Shown in pieces: positions 1 through 22,705 of a stretch of DNA of 64,000 nucleotides. Source of the stretch: the human T2T-CHM13v2.0 reference genome, Homo sapiens; NCBI RefSeq assembly GCF_009914755.1, contig NC_060925.1; one strand, 5' to 3'. Both the position numbers and the translations under genes were made by a program. The notes beneath the pieces are model-generated. The model searched no databases, was not told the DNA's origin, and was given only the letters and a program-made list of their open reading frames with translations. How positions within the stretch are numbered: the stretch's first letter is position 1; every line of letters begins with the position of its first letter.

Positions 1-603
1 CATTACTGGGTATATACCCAAAGGACTATAAATCATGCTGCTATAAAGACACATGCACACGTATGTTTATTGCGGCATTATTCACAATAGCAAAGACTTG
101 GAACCAACCCAAAGGTCCAACAATGATAGACTGGATTAAGAAAATGGGGCACATATACACCATGGAATACTATGCAGCCATAAAAAATGATGAGTTCATG
201 TCCTTTGTAGGGACATGGATGAAATTGGAAATCATCATTCTCAGTAAACTATCGCAAGAACAAAAAACCAAACACCGCATATTCTCACTCATAGGTGGGA
301 ATTGAACAATGAGATCACATGGACACAGGAAGGGGAATATCACACTCTGGGGACTGTGGTGGGGTGGGGGGAGGGGGGAGGGGTAGCATTGGGAGATATA
401 CATAATGCTAGATGACGAGTTAGTGGGTGCAGCGCACCAGCATGGCACATGTATACATATGTAACTAACCTGCACAATGTGCACATGTACCCTAAAACTT
501 AAAGTATAATAAAAAAAACCCAAAAAACAAACAAACAAAAAACAAAAAAATAAACAATATGCAAAATCCTTAAAAAAAAACAAAACAAAACAAAACAAAA
601 AAA
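1..603 (+). mobile_element. LINE-1 3' end (ORF2 C-terminus, 3'UTR, A-rich tail), young L1PA2-like
   Basis: ORF 63..305 is the ORF2p C-terminus (..[20 protein letters not shown]). G-rich 3'UTR with 'gatgacgagttagtggg' (GAG rather than the L1HS ACA/ACG). Tail from about 509 to 603 has decayed into an A/C microsatellite. Confidence 0.93.
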
Positions 604-765
604 AGCTCTCATGGGAACTAAGAGAACTCACTCAATCCTGCCAGAATGGCCCCAGGGCCATTCATGAGGGATCCACCCCTATGATGCCAACACCTCCCAT
701 GAGGCCCCACCTCCAACATTGGAGATCAGATTTCAAAATGAGATTAGGAGGGGACAAATGTCCAA
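604..765 (+). mobile_element. MaLR LTR fragment (MST-like)
   Basis: 'gccattcatgagggatccacccctatga..aggccccacctccaacattgg..atttcaaaatgagatt' resembles the MST LTR 3' half and the LTR at 27070-27166. Confidence 0.7.
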
Positions 766-904
766 ATTATTAAGGTTTGGACATTTTTCCCTTCCTAATT
801 TGTTTGGATACTATCAGTGAATAGGTGGCAATTGTGAGAGAGAATTTTACGGAGAGAAAAAGCAGGCCCAGCACAGGCTCAGGCCTCAACAGGAATTTTA
901 TGGG

Positions 905-1050
905 ACTGTAACCTAACCTCTCTATTCCTTAGGCTCCTCTTCCCTAAAATGGGACCACTTAGAGTTGTTGTGAGGATTCAATCAGGTCAAAATGTAAGGT
1001 GCTTAGAACAAGGTCTAGCACACAGCAAGTGCTTAATAAAGATTAGTCAT
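905..1050 (+). mobile_element. MIR fragment
   Basis: MIR core motifs 'taaaatggg..agagttgttgtgaggatt..gtgcttagaaca..aagtgcttaataaa'. Confidence 0.65.
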
Positions 1051-1479
1051 TACCATGCCTCCCCACAAACTCCAGAGCTTGGACCTTTTCCAAGGCCCCT
1101 GGGCAGGCCACTAGGAGTGTTAAGTGTATCTTTGAAAGACTCCCACTAAATGGGGAAAAATAGTTAAATACATTATGGTACATCCTTATAGTGAAATACT
1201 ACACAACTGTTAAAAATAGTAATGACAGTTAAGTGCACTAGCTTGGAAAGGAGGACAAGTTATGTTCAATGAAAAATGGCTGGTTTTGCAAAAATATTTA
1301 TTGTATAACTTCATTTACTTAAAACACCTCTGGGTGAGTAAACGTGACTAGAAAAACCTCCAAAGGACATGTACCACCCTCTGGATGACCTATTCAAGCT
1401 CATCCCAGGTGACTGTCCCACCATGGGGCAGCTCCTGGAAGACACCATGATCTTTCCCAACCCAGCGCGTTTGTGCTTT

Positions 1480-1805
1480 CTGTTTTCTCACCCGGAATGC
1501 TTTTCCTTTATGCTTCACATGGCCAGAGACTCACCATCCTTCAAGTTTCACCTTAAATGTTGTCTCCAACAAGAAGCCTTCCAAGATTACCCTATCTAAG
1601 CAGGCCCTCCCTGTTAGTGTCTCTCATAGCACTGTTTTTATTCTGAGCACTCACTATTGTCTGTGATTATTTTACTTAATTGTCTACTTGTCTATTATCT
1701 GTCTTCTCCATAGAATGAAAGGGCAGAACTTGTCTGTCTCATTCCCCTGAGATGTCTAGAACAGAGCCCTGCACATGTAGGCCCTCAATAAAAATGTGTT
1801 GAACG
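1480..1805 (+). mobile_element. L2 3' fragment
   Basis: 'gaagccttcc..agggcagaacttgtctg..gcacatgtaggccctcaataaa..gttgaa' is typical of an L2 3' end. Confidence 0.55.
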
Positions 1806-2049
1806 ATACGGCAGGGGTGGAATTGAGGCCATTTCTCTATTGCACAATGAGCAAATATTACCTATCTTTATAATTAAAGAGCTTTAATGTGGAGAAGAAA
1901 GCACTTTCTGGCTGCAGTGCAGTAGAGAGTTGGTGGCAGGTGCTAAATGGAAGCAGGTTGGCTACTTTGGGGATGTTGAGCTAACCCCGGTGTGAGAAGA
2001 GGGCGGCTTGGAATTAGAGCAGTGGTTGTGGGGCTGGAGAGGGGACTAA

Positions 2050-2409
<360 letters not shown>

Positions 2410-2534
2410 TGATATGGGGAGGAAGCCTGGGCCTGTGTACTAAGTCTGCGCAGCTGAGGTTCCCACCCTACTCATAAATGAGCCTCCTCTAGGAACCCCG
2501 GGTCCCTGCTTGACCTGATTGTCTCCTCCTGCAG

Positions 2535-2579
2535 ACCCTAAGGCCCCTGATGTGTATGACTTCTTCCTCCAGTGGATTG
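2535..2579 (+). CDS. CYP4B1: CYP4B1 exon 3 (DPKAPDVYDFFLQWIG)
   Basis: ctgcag|AC...TTG|gtgagt; 45 bp; phase consistent with neighbours. Confidence 0.96.
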
Positions 2580-3823
2580 GTGAGTGAGCACCTGCCTTCC
2601 CTGCCCTGCCAACCTCAGACCCGTGGTGCTGGGTGACTAGGATCCTGGCCTGTCCCACTCAATTGGTTATCCCAGATGGCCTAGTTCTCGGGTGCCCATC
2701 CTAAGCTCAGCTGCTCAGTGGAGAGACAAGGGAGGAGCAGGAGAGCCCCCAGCTGTGGGGCCAAGGCATCTTCTCTGGCAGGGCCTGATTCTCTAGACAG
2801 GGCAAAGGCTTTGGAGAATGTGTGAGTGCGAAGAACAGTTTCCTGAAGGAGGTGGCACTAGAGTTGATCCAAAAGGAGATTTAAATAGGTAGTGCTGGCC
2901 AGGGCAAGGGCCTAAGGAAATGGTGTGGTGGTAGGACCATGGCTGGTCACCAGAGGCTGTGAGGCTGTCGGGGTGGCTACAAGGCAGAGCCCAGCTTGGA
3001 GATGATGCTGGGCAGGGAGGACAGGCCAGCCTTGACTGCCAGGATAAGGAGGTGATTTGATGTTGAGAGTAGGTGGGAGTCATTGAGTATTTTATTTTAT
3101 TTTATTTTACTTTTTCCTTTACAGAGGTACTCAAGTTAAAGCCATTGAGTATTCTTTAGCCAAGGCCATATGCTTCTCCAAAGCTCCTCTTTTACTCATG
3201 ATCCTATGGTGTCTTCAGCGTTTTCCTGGGAGCTGAGAAAGGGCAGGGCCAAGAGGGAGAACACATTCCCAATCCTATTTACTCACCGAGTACCACTGGG
3301 AAGACTTTTTGCTTCTAACCCTCTTTTTAGTTATCAATGGGAGGATAAAATTAGAAGGCAGACAGAAAAGGGTTAGGAAAATGAAGAGGTGGTTTTGAAG
3401 ACAGGAATGCATTTCCATTGCTGGGTGTGTTGGAGTGGGGTAGGAAGGGTCCCACCTGAGGCCATGAAGCACGAACACGGTGGGACATTCCCTAAGTCCT
3501 GAAGCTGTGGCCAGTCTCAGCAGCTGAGAGTCAAGGCTCAGCAGGCTCCCCCTCTGCTTGGCTGTCCCCAGGGGGATGCGTGTCCTTTGTCTCACATCTG
3601 GCAATGTCATCTGACACAAGTTCCTGGACCCAGGCTTTGTGGGTGCAGCTGAGATACAGAAACTGAGTTATCCTGTCCTAAGGAAGGAGCTCACTCAGCC
3701 AAGAACTGCTGCCACCTGTCTCCTGAGGTCCTGGTAGCCTAGGGTGAGGGCATGGAGGGCAATACTGGGTCGCTTAGTGGCCCACCCTTGGAGGGTTCCA
3801 GGCTCAGGGATGGAGTCGTGTAG

Positions 3824-4063
<240 letters not shown>

Positions 4064-4786
4064 TAGCCCCTCTCCACCCTGATTTTGTCCTGGGGAGAGT
4101 AGGTGGTGCTCTGCAGTAAGGAGAATAGCTGAGCCCCAAGGCCTGTTCTGCCTGCAACAGCAGTGCCAAAGCCCTGCTCTACTGACATGTGCCGCAGGCT
4201 GCCACTGAGTCGGTGCTGAATCTCTAAGTGTCCTGGCAGCCCGATCCTTGTCTCCACCAGGAGACCCAGCCCTCTTTCCTCCCAGGCCAAAGGGTCTCTG
4301 TGAGAACTTAATAAGGCTCCTAGCATAGCAGGTTTGAGGACTGCCTATATTTGAGAGTATGGGGAAAGGCTTTCACATCTAAAAAGTGTCTCCTCATTTT
4401 CTGTCTACCACAGCTGCCCAGAATTATGTCAATACAACTCATCTCTAAGAGGGATGTCAGAGGTCAGGGTTAGAGTCTTAGGGCTGGGTAATCCCTAAGT
4501 TATCCAGGCTAGTCTTTCCCCTTGTAGGAAACTCCCCTCCAGGATTACTTACATATACACCGTGCGGGGGAGCTCACCACCTCTCAGCCATCCTACTCCC
4601 TTATAGGCTGCCCTGACTGGGAGAAAACGTCTGTGTGCTGTGCAAGATCTGCCTCCTGGTCCTGCCCTCTGAGCCTGAAGCCCAGAGGCTTCCAAACTTC
4701 TACCCACCCTATCCTGATATTCCAGCAGGATGGAGGGCAGGACAGGGACTGGGAGTGTGTGAAGGGGGCTTGGTGGTGGAGGATAG

Positions 4787-5047
<261 letters not shown>

Positions 5048-5274
5048 TAGAGGGGAGAGTTGGCAGGGGTCCTGGGCTCTGATCTGAGAAGAGATAGGGT
5101 CCTGCCCCAGGGAGCCTTAGCTTGCGGGGAGACAGGACCTGCTCATGGTGGGGTAAACACCTGGCTTTAGCAAGGAGGCTTAAGGGCAGGGAGAAGAAGA
5201 GCAGGATGCTCTGTGGTTGGGGCTAGATTCCTGGAATGGAGTTTCTCTGGCTCTGCTCCTGGGCCAGTGTCTAA

Positions 5275-5737
<463 letters not shown>

Positions 5738-6469
5738 TGAGGACTGGTCCCAGAGAGGTCTTCAACCATCCTCCCAGGACAGCAGAAGGAGCTCTTAAGC
5801 ATTTCCCCCTCTTTCCTCAGCAAATATAACCTGTTCCTCGTCCCATGAAACATATTAGCAGGGGTTCAGAGGTGGGCAGGTGTAGGGTGTGTGTGCCTGA
5901 GCTGTGGAGTTGGGAGCCTAGGTCACGTGGTAGTGGCTGGACGACATTTCTAGACTTCTAAGATCCCCCAAAATGTTGGCCTTGTAGAATCCTAGAATCT
6001 TAGACTTCATTCATTCATTCATTCATTCAGTAAGTTCTTTATTCATCAATTCTAGAAACTCACTGAGTTCTGACTCTGGGTCATTTCCGTGCTAGGATGC
6101 AGAGATGGGAAAGACCTGGCCCTTCCTTCCAGATGCTTACAGTCCAGCAGGGGAGACAGTAGGTAGATGTTGACCAAAATGTCTTCCTCTGGCAGGTGGT
6201 ATTCTATGTGCCCAGTGAGCAGAACTAACAGTCAGGGCTGGACAAGGTCACAAGTCATTTGGCCAGAGCATTTAGGGAGGGCTTTGTGGAGGAGGAGGCA
6301 TCCAGGCTGAGCTTTGAAGGAATATAGGAATCTGGGGGAAGGTCCTAATCCACCCTCTGAAAAGGAGCTTTCACTCCCTCCCAGAGACCTTCATTTGACA
6401 ACCACCATTATGAGTTCTTCTTGTTACCCACCTCCAATACCTCAAGCTGTCCTATTATGCCTTCCCTAA

Positions 6470-6664
<195 letters not shown>

Positions 6665-7980
6665 TGAGTCTGAGGGTGGGCCCGGTTTATCCTGCTCAGC
6701 CCTTGGGAAGGGCGATGCCCATCCTGTCCTGAACCATCCTGGAAATCAGGTGAGGTGGCGGCTGCTATCCTGTTACCCCCAGTGTCATACCTTTTGTGGT
6801 GGTGGGGGGTGGGGAGAGTGGTTGGCTGGGCACAGATGCACCCCTGAGCCCATTCTCCCAAAATGGAGCCTTTCAGAAGTGTTATGTAGAGAAAGTTGTC
6901 AACAAGAGGCTGATATTTTGTGTGCTAACTTCTTCTGACGGTAGAACCTGATTACCCTTCTGGGTCCCTGGATAGAGTAGGGAGAGCTGGGAGAGAAAGA
7001 GGTGGAAATGTGGGGGTGAACAGAGCTGAGACAGCTGGGAGAGCCAGTTCCTTGCTACTTGCCTTTGGATGGCAATACTCAGCTTCCAGATGCCATATCT
7101 CTCCTGCTGGTGAAGGAGAAAAGACTTCCCCAAACTTCATCACTTAAAAACTTTCCATTGTTTTCCCCTGTTTCTTGGCTCAAGACTGAACTCCTAAACA
7201 CTTAAGGATTGACCCTGACCTCTCTGCAGTGTGATCTCTGGGAGTCTCTCAAGAGGCTCCTTCACCCTTGCTGGCTGCCTGTTCCCCTCAGGCCTTTGCT
7301 TGTGGTCAGACACCCTGCCTTTCTCTCTGGGCTCCTGAGCAGCCTCCAAGAGGGGGCTAGGCACACAGCAGGGGTACAGAAAATGCTGAGCCAGAGGGGG
7401 AACTTTAGATCCACTTGAAAGGGACTGACCTATAACTCCAGGGTCTAGGACCTGGAGTATGAAGCCTCCATTACCATTTCTGTTGGTCATATGTGAGAAT
7501 CCCCCCACCACGGGGTATCCAGACACATGCCAGGTGCTATCAGGGGTGCAGAACGGAAGAGAAAGAGAAGCCATGCTGCTCGTGGGGAGTTTTATGGAGA
7601 CAAATTCACATAATCAAACAGCGAGAGAAAAATCACAGGATCACGTGGTCTGAATGTTGAGGGCAGAGGGAAGGAGTGAGGCTTGAACTGACTTTCTAAG
7701 GAGGGTTAAAATTCAGGCAAAGAGAGAGAGGTAGGCATTGTAGGCTGGGTAACAATGTGAACACAACCCGAGGCAGGGATTAGAATATTTATTTTATTTT
7801 CACGTCATTCCATCTAGAGCTTGAAGCAACTTAGAGGACAGTTATTCAATAAAATAGTAAAATGCAAATGAAAAATAAGAGCCAGTGGGGAGTTTGGGGA
7901 CTCTGCAATAAAATATTGCCCTGTAGTTATAGTTGGATGTCACATTTGGGCCTGAGCTTCCCGGTTGCCAAAGGGAAAAG

Positions 7981-8003
7981 ACACACACACACACACACAC
8001 ACA
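7981..8003 (+). repeat. (AC)n microsatellite
   Basis: About 11 perfect AC units. Confidence 0.95.
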
Positions 8004-8360
8004 CTTCACCTCATTAAATAATGCATCAACTTTGGTTGGTTCATTCAACCAACGTGTATCAGCCCCAGTTTCTTTCATTCAGCTCAGTAGGGGAAACCAA
8101 GCTGAAACCTAAAGAACTGTCCTTTGTAGGCTTCCATGGGGGTCCTGAGAGTTGCAGAAGTGACCTTGTCTTTGATGGCTGGGTGCACCTTCATCTCTAG
8201 GGTCCTGTGCCTTCTTCTCCTACCAGTGAAGATGAGAAAGGGATGGAGAAAAGTGGAACCAGATCCTTTAGATCTGAGTGTTCACACCATGTCAGGCCTA
8301 GCCTGGCCAGGGGCACTTGGAACTCTGTGCCTCTGACTCTTGAGTGTGTGGTGGTGGTGA

Positions 8361-9020
<660 letters not shown>

Positions 9021-9314
9021 CAGTATAATATTATGAATAATAACTTCCCAAGAGTCAGTTAGCTGAAAAGGTTTAATAGTTCCTTCCTGTTCTACCTCAT
9101 GATGGATGGGTTCATTCTCCCCTTTATTCATCTCACAAATGTCTATCAGGTGCTGTACCCAGTGCCGGGATTACAGGAACTGGGCATCATGATGATCAAA
9201 GTACTGTGATGAGTCGGATGTGGTCATGAACGCTCTGTCACTGGCAGTGGTCAGGCAGGAGCTGGCACCCCAGTTAAGGGGTCACTAGGGGACTCTGACC
9301 TTATGTGGAGGTAG

Positions 9315-9673
<359 letters not shown>

Positions 9674-9973
9674 TAGGGGAGGCACTATTAGAAGGTACTC
9701 TGAATAAAGGGGAATCATGCTGGGTTTGTGGTGGTTCTAATGCAGGAGGCTTCTTCTTGCAATTATCATATTCCTGTCCCTGGGAAGTGGGTGGGATAGA
9801 TGAGTCATTCCAAGAGAGAACCCCATGCCAGACCCCCACCATGTGAATCTACCTGGTCTGGGACCCTCACCATGCTCCCAAGGTTTGTTTCATAAGCCCA
9901 GGTCAACCAATCTATCAGCCAGTTATTCATCCAAAAACAGTTATTGACTTTTGTTGGCTGCTAAGAGCACTGA

Positions 9974-10213
<240 letters not shown>

Positions 10214-10727
10214 CTCTGATGAGAATGGGGTCCCAGATGGCTCAGGCTGTGACCTCCCTGGGCACCACCCTCCCCAGGCTGGGTGTGGAGGAGTTGGGGC
10301 CCCCTGCCTTCAGGAGGCTTGTAGTTTAGAAGGGAAGTAGGCATTACCATAGACGACTCCTAGAGGACAGTGCTATGTAAAAATGTGTGTCTATAAATGT
10401 TTATCATGCATGTATTCTAGAGCTCATTCATTTATTCAACAAACATTTGGTGAGCACCTATTTCGTTCGAGAAACTTCATTTATCTCCTATAATTGGCAA
10501 ACTTAAAAATGCAGCAGAAACTTACATTCCAACCTTAGAGACTCATAGTGAGCACAAGGAAAGTTTTGCCCTGAGATTCATGGTTATGGCTGGGTACCAC
10601 CAAATAGAAGAATGGCTTAGGGGAGTGCCCCTTCACTGAGATGTGTTTCTTTGTTGAACTTTGTGTGTGTGTGTTTAGAATATAACAGACATAAGAAAAA
10701 ATTACCTAAATGAAGACTGTACAAAAT

Positions 10728-10733
10728 AATAAA
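10728..10733 (+). terminator. CYP4B1: Probable CYP4B1 polyadenylation signal AATAAA
   Basis: First AATAAA after the stop, about 515 nt downstream, followed by GT/T-rich sequence. Confidence 0.75.
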
Positions 10734-12424
10734 TAATTCTGAAGCAGACTCTCTTGTAACCATCACTGAAGTCAAGAAATATGGAATATGGTATCACTGA
10801 TGTGTCTTCTGCTCCTCCTGAGATGGGTCTCTGTGGCACCCCTGCCATTGTCAGTGTCTGTGTCTCACAGTCACGTAGTGCTCCAGGCATTCAGGGTTCA
10901 GCTGGGGAAGGTGGCCAAGTGGCATTAGAAGGGGGTTTCCTGGAGGAAAGGAACCCCTCTCCCCCACTTGAATCAGCTTAAATCAGGCCTTGAGGAGGCC
11001 TGGGAGGCTGGATGGGAGGGGGCCATTATTCCACTTCTGTAGGAAGGGAAGGAACCTGTAAGACACTCATCTGGGAGGAGCTTGAGCTGAGGCCTCTGAT
11101 TCTGGCCTCTTTGACCAAGACTCCATCATTGTACTGACACTCTCCGAGAGTGTGTGTCAGTGTGAAAAGGAGCTAAGAGCTTTGGTGTGAGAAGGGATAG
11201 ACAGGCTCCCTGTGGGAGGGAGATAGGAGGCTGGGGAATGGTGGGCACCAAAGATGGATTCCATTTAATTCTTCCAGTTCTCTAAACACACTCTGCTGCC
11301 TCCTATGATCCTGGACATGTGTGTACATGTGTGTGGGTTGAATGTGGAGTGTGCAATGGACACATACAGGTGTGGCTGTGCCTGAGTGTCTCTATATGGT
11401 GTCATGGAATGTGCACAGATGTGCACTCAGCCTGAGTCTTGCCCATTGCATGGACTGAGCAGGTTACTTTTTGGTCGCTCATTCATGCCCTATGGGATCC
11501 TGTGGTTAGAGCAACTCTCCATGGCTGACCACCCAGAATTCTGAGCCCCCACTGTCCTTTGTTCTCTGAGCATGGCCAGCACGAGCCCTCGCGTGCTATC
11601 TGATACTAGGGACCTGCTGAACATCCTGTGCAGGAAGTTCCCAGCCCACTCTTCTGTCCCAACCCTCTCCCTCTGACCCCAGTCAAGCACTGACTGTCCA
11701 GGCTGCTCCTTTCCTGCCTCTTCTCAGAGCAGGGCTAAAGTAACCCAGTGATTTGGGAGGTCAGGGGACTGGGAGGGAGGTTCTGCCTACAGCCACCAAT
11801 TTAGGGAGAAGCCCTGTCAGAGAAGCAGAAAAAGATGTCACATCTTAGTAAAAAGAAGGTCTGTCTATGGCATTCAGGGACCTGGGCTAAAAATGGGGGA
11901 CACCTGTGCTCAGATCCAGCAAGAGAAGCAAGGTCTAAATGGAGAGAAACTGGCACAGCAGGGACACCAGTCCAGTGAAGCTGTGAGAAGTAGGGGACTG
12001 GGTGTTGAAACAGCTCCAAGGCAGTCACCAAGTGTGGACAGGGTTGAGGATGTCCCTGTTCACTCGGAGTGGCCAGCCAGAGAGGCAGGAAACCACCACA
12101 AGGCTGTGGTGTGGGGGAGGAAGTGCTTGGGGTCCGACATCCTCTCCACTGGCCAGACCCATTTGTCTACCTTGGCTCCTCCCAGACCTTGCTGGATAGC
12201 TGCCCACTCTGTGAACTTCCTGAAGAGCCTGCAGACCTCATGTGTGAGGGAGACCGACAGGTGCCTGGTCATGTGGCCAGGCTGGGCTCCCTTTTCACGT
12301 CTCATTGCGGGTATGAGAGGCTGGGTCCTTGAGGCCCTCATGCCAGACCAGGCCTGTGAGGCTTTCCTGCTCAGCTCACAACAGCCCTGCTGGTTGGGAT
12401 GTGGTGTGTCACTGCTCAGACTCT

Positions 12425-13762
12425 GGTTGCTAACTTGATTCCCAATGTGGCAGTGTTTGGAGTCTGGGCCTTGTGGGCAGTGTTTGGGTCATGGGGGTGG
12501 ATCTCTCATAAATAGATTAATGTCCTAGAAGAAAACCAAGGCAATACCATTCAGGACATAGGCATGGGCAAGGACTTCATGTCTAAAACACCAAAAGCAA
12601 TGGCAACAAAAGCCAAAATTGACAAATGGGATCTAATTAAACTAAAGAGCTTCTGCACAGCAAAAGAAACTACCATCAGAGTGAACAGGCAACTTACAGA
12701 ATGGGAGAAATTTTTTGCAATCTACTCATCTGACAAAGGGCTAATATCCAGAATCTACAAAGAACTTAAACAAATTTACAAGAAAAAAACAACCCCATCA
12801 AAAAGTGGGCGAAGGATATGAACAGACACTTCTCAAAAGAAGACATTTATGCAGCCAAAAGACCCATGAAAAAATGCTCATCATCACTGGCCATCAGAGA
12901 AATGCAAATCAAAACCACAATGAGATACCATCTCACACCAGTTAGAATGGCGATCATTAAAAAGTCAGGAAACAACAGGTGCTGGAGAGGAGGTGGAGAA
13001 ATAGGAACACTTTTACACTGTTAGTGGGACTGTAAACTAGTTCAACCATTGTGGAAGTCAGTGTGGCGGTTTCTCAGGGATCTAGAACTAGAAATACCAT
13101 TTGACCCAGCCATCCCATTACTGGGTATATACCCAAAGGATTATAAATCATGCTGCTATAAAGACACATGCACACGTATGTTTATTGCAACACTATTCAC
13201 AATAGCAAAGACTTGGAACCAACCCAAATGTCCAACAATGATAGACTGGATTAAGAAAACATGGCACATATACACCATGGAATACTATGCAGCCATAAAA
13301 AATGATGAGTTCATGTCCTTTGTAGGGACATGGATGAAGCTGGAAACCATCATTCTCAGCAAACTATTGCAAGGACAAAAAACCAAACACCGCCATGTTC
13401 TCACTCATAGGTGGGAATTGAACAATGAGAACACTTGGACACAGGAAGGGGAACATCACACACCGGGGCCTGTTGTGGGGTGGGGGGAGGGGGGAGGGAA
13501 AGCATTAGGAGATATACCTAATGTTAAATGACAAGTTAATGGGTGCAGCACACCAACATGGCACATGTATACATATGTAACAAACCAGCACATTGTGCAC
13601 GTGTACCCTAAAACTTAAAGTATTAAAAAAAAAAAGATTAATGTCCCCCTGCAGAGGCATATGAGTTTTTGCTCTAACTGTAAGGGATTAGTTCCTGAGA
13701 ATGTGGGTTTTGAAAGGAGCCTGGCTTCCTCAGTCTTCCGTGCTTCCGCTCTCACTACGTGA
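12425..13762 (-). mobile_element. MaLR (MST-like) LTR split by an L1 insertion
   Basis: 'cccaatgtggcagtg..tgggtcatgggggtggatctctcat' on the left continues after the L1 as 'gggattagttcc..ctctcactacgtga'. Confidence 0.65.
12526..13634 (+). mobile_element. 5'-truncated L1PA (about 1.1 kb) with target-site duplication
   Basis: ORF2 C-terminal fragments, 3'UTR and poly(A); TSD agattaatgtcc at 12514-12525 and 13635-13646. Confidence 0.95.
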
Positions 13763-14860
13763 GGGTCCTGGGTTGTAGTTTTGTTTATTGTGCTTGTTTT
13801 GTGTTGGTTGACCTTCAGCCAGGAGGTGGCACTTTAAAGAGAGCATCATCTGTGGTAGTATAGGGAGGGGCCAGCCATAGAGCTCCCAAGAGATTATGTC
13901 CTTTGTCTTTGGCTACCAAGGTGAGTAGAGAAAAACTATCAGGTGGGCACAGGGTTAGGCATGTCTGAGCTCAGACTCTCCTTGGGTGAGGCTTGCTGCA
14001 GCAGCTGTGGGGGATGGGAGTGTGGTTCTCAGGCCAGTGGAATTATGTTCCCAGGGGGATTATGGCTGCCTCTGCTGTGTCATGCAGGTTACCAGGGAAG
14101 CAGGGAAAGCCATAATTATAGGCCTTACCTAGCTCCCATGCAGCCCCAAAAGCCTGTCTCATTCCCATTATGCTTCACCAACAGCACTGAGTTTATTTCC
14201 AGGCAGTGGGTGAGCAGGGCTGAGAAGTTGCCCCAGGTTGCCAGCCTCCTGGCTGAGAAAGCAAGCAGGGCATTCAGGTTTCATGCTTCCTCACCTGCTG
14301 TGGCTTCTGTGCTGTGTCTGTACTCCCAATTTCCCCCTCCCCCAGGTTCTGTCCAGGAAACTTCACGTTCAGTCAAATTTATTACGAAGTTCGGCTGGAA
14401 ATTTCCTTCTTTGTGTGGTCTTTTCCCAGTTCCTCTGGCAGCCCTCCCTAGGGACTCCTATGAGACAAAGTCAGAAATGGCTTCTTTGGGGACTGAGAGT
14501 GCCCAGTGCTTCTTCTACCCCTGTATTTCACTCAGCTCTGTAAATTCATCTCAGCTCCAGGTAAGGTCAAATCCTACTCCCTCGATCTGGACTTTCAGTT
14601 TTCCCAATGAGGGTGTGTGTTCAGGGGCAGATGAGTCCCCTTTCACACTTTAGACACTCACAGTTTTTTGACTGTTTTCCGGGGCCTGCAACAGCAATCT
14701 GCTTCCTTCAGAGGGTCTGGGGATTCTGTCAGCTTTCCAGGTGTTTTCCTGCACTAGTTCTTGGAACAAAAATTCATGATATGAGTCTCCATATGCTACT
14801 CTGTCTGTCTGAATGGGAGCTGCAAGTTATTCCTGCTTCCTGTTTGCCATTTTTTCCCCC
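13763..14860 (-). mobile_element. Older L1 (L1PB / old L1PA-type) 5'UTR fragment
   Basis: Resembles the reverse complement of an older primate L1 5'UTR and ends at 'gccatttt' (YY1-like AAAATGGC on -). Explains ORF 13943..14653. Confidence 0.6.
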
Positions 14861-15757
14861 AATCAGTGTATATTAACTTTTAAAAATTAGTGAAACATAC
14901 AGAACATAAAATTGGACACTTTAACACATTTTAATTTCATTCCATTGGAGAAATTGGTTTCATAACATCCATAGCATGCCTTTTATTCATTCAAATCCAT
15001 GAAAATTTCAAAAAAATTATACTTAATATTAGTTATGATCTTTTCCCTTTTATAGGTCTACCTTTAGCTGCCACCATAACATCTGCTAAATTCACACTGC
15101 AGTCTTGTCTTCAATTGCCCAGAGAAGGTCCTACAGCAATTTCAATCCAACTTCAGTCAAGTACTATAGCTATAGTGGGAACATGTTTACTAATTCTTTT
15201 TCATTCTACAGTAGAGAAAGATTATACAACCAGAACTTTACACTCTTTTTAGGAGCCCTGACTGCCTAGTTTAGTACAATCTGTGCTGAACACAAAATGA
15301 TATTTAGAAAATGATTGGTTTGTCAACCTGAAGTCAAGAAGCTCTACTAAGAGTAACCGTTGATAAGAACTAACCTTTCTGGCACTTTTACATACCTCTA
15401 TGTGAGCATTTTCTAAAGCTTTATTATTCTAATACTCTGGATCCATTATTCATCATTTAAATGACAAGACTTTTTTTTTTAAATAAGACTTTTAAAAACT
15501 CTTTTACTCTATCCTCAGTAATATTGGAAGCCTTACAGTCATAGATGTACCATTCCTGACCCGTGTCTATTGTAAAGAAAAAAACAAATCTGACTTTTTG
15601 AAATCACTTTATATTAAATAGTTGAAACAATTTTCATCTAAATAATGAACACTGACTTTACCCCAGGTAAGGCTTGTTAAGGTGACAGAGCTGGTAATTG
15701 TGTAGAACTTAGACTTATAATCAGAGGTGCAACTCTTCTGCTTAACCATATGTTCAT

Positions 15758-16000
15758 TAATGATGAGAACACATAGACACATAGAAGGGAACAACAGACA
15801 CTGGGTCCTATTGGTGGGTGGAGGGTGGGAGGAGGGAGAGAATCAGGAAAAATAACTAATGGGTACTATTTATTAATAATACCTGGGTGACGAAATACTC
15901 TGTACAACAAACTCTCATGACAAGTGTTTACCTATATAGAAAACCTGCACATGTACCCCTTAATTTAAAATGAAAGTTAAAAATAAAACAAACAGAAAAG
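15758..16000 (+). mobile_element. Old L1PA/L1PB 3' end
   Basis: 'gatgagaacacatagacacatagaagggaacaacagacactggg..aacctgcacatgtacccct' plus an A-rich tail. Confidence 0.85.
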
Positions 16001-16174
16001 TTTATTATTAATCAACTCTTATTAGTTATTCCTGTTTAATTAGCCATAGCATTCTTAGTATTGTACAAAATTGCACAAAAAGTTTTAAGACATACACAAC
16101 TTTGACAAGGACCTAGTGTTATTGCCCCCATGGACTGCTACAACCATTTGCAAATGCTTTCAAATTGTTTCTTC

Positions 16175-16540
16175 AAGAATCATTGTACCTGTGAGAGAAG
16201 CAGCTTGCCACTGCAAACTCTGTGAGACAGTCAAAAAACTGTGAGTTCCCAAAGTGTGAGAGGGGGAAAAGTCTGTCTCTGAACACATATCTCCACTAGA
16301 GAACTGGAAAGTCCAGAGCATGGAGAAGGATTTAACCTTACCTAGGGCTGACATGGATTTAGGGAGCCAACAAAATATAAAAGCAGAAGCAGCCATGGGA
16401 AGGGCCCTATAGGCACTGCTGGTCCCCAGCTTGAGCCCAGGGAAGCCATCCTTGACTTTACCTCACAGGGATCCTTGGGGAAGGCAGCCAGCAGAATTGG
16501 GCAGGGATTACAGGGTGAAGGAAGCTCCTAGTTGAACTTC
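16175..16540 (+). mobile_element. Old L1 5'UTR-like fragment
   Basis: 'gcagcttgccactgcaaactctgtgagacag..gcagaagcagccatgggaag..ggaagctcctag' resembles an L1PB-type 5'UTR. Confidence 0.5.

Positions 16541-22705
<6,165 letters not shown>

Noticed and set aside
11893-12438. 181-aa ORF downstream of CYP4B1
   Set aside because: No P450 or other recognisable motif; overlapping ORFs in several frames are typical of GC-rich non-coding DNA.
13943-14653. 236-aa ORF as a novel gene
   Set aside because: It is an antisense reading of an old L1 5'UTR-like sequence with no recognisable domain or splice structure.
15056-15252. Good acceptor (ttttcccttttatag) followed by about 65 open codons in an AT-rich island
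   Set aside because: No recognisable homology, no clear donor and no partner exons; cannot be supported without a search.
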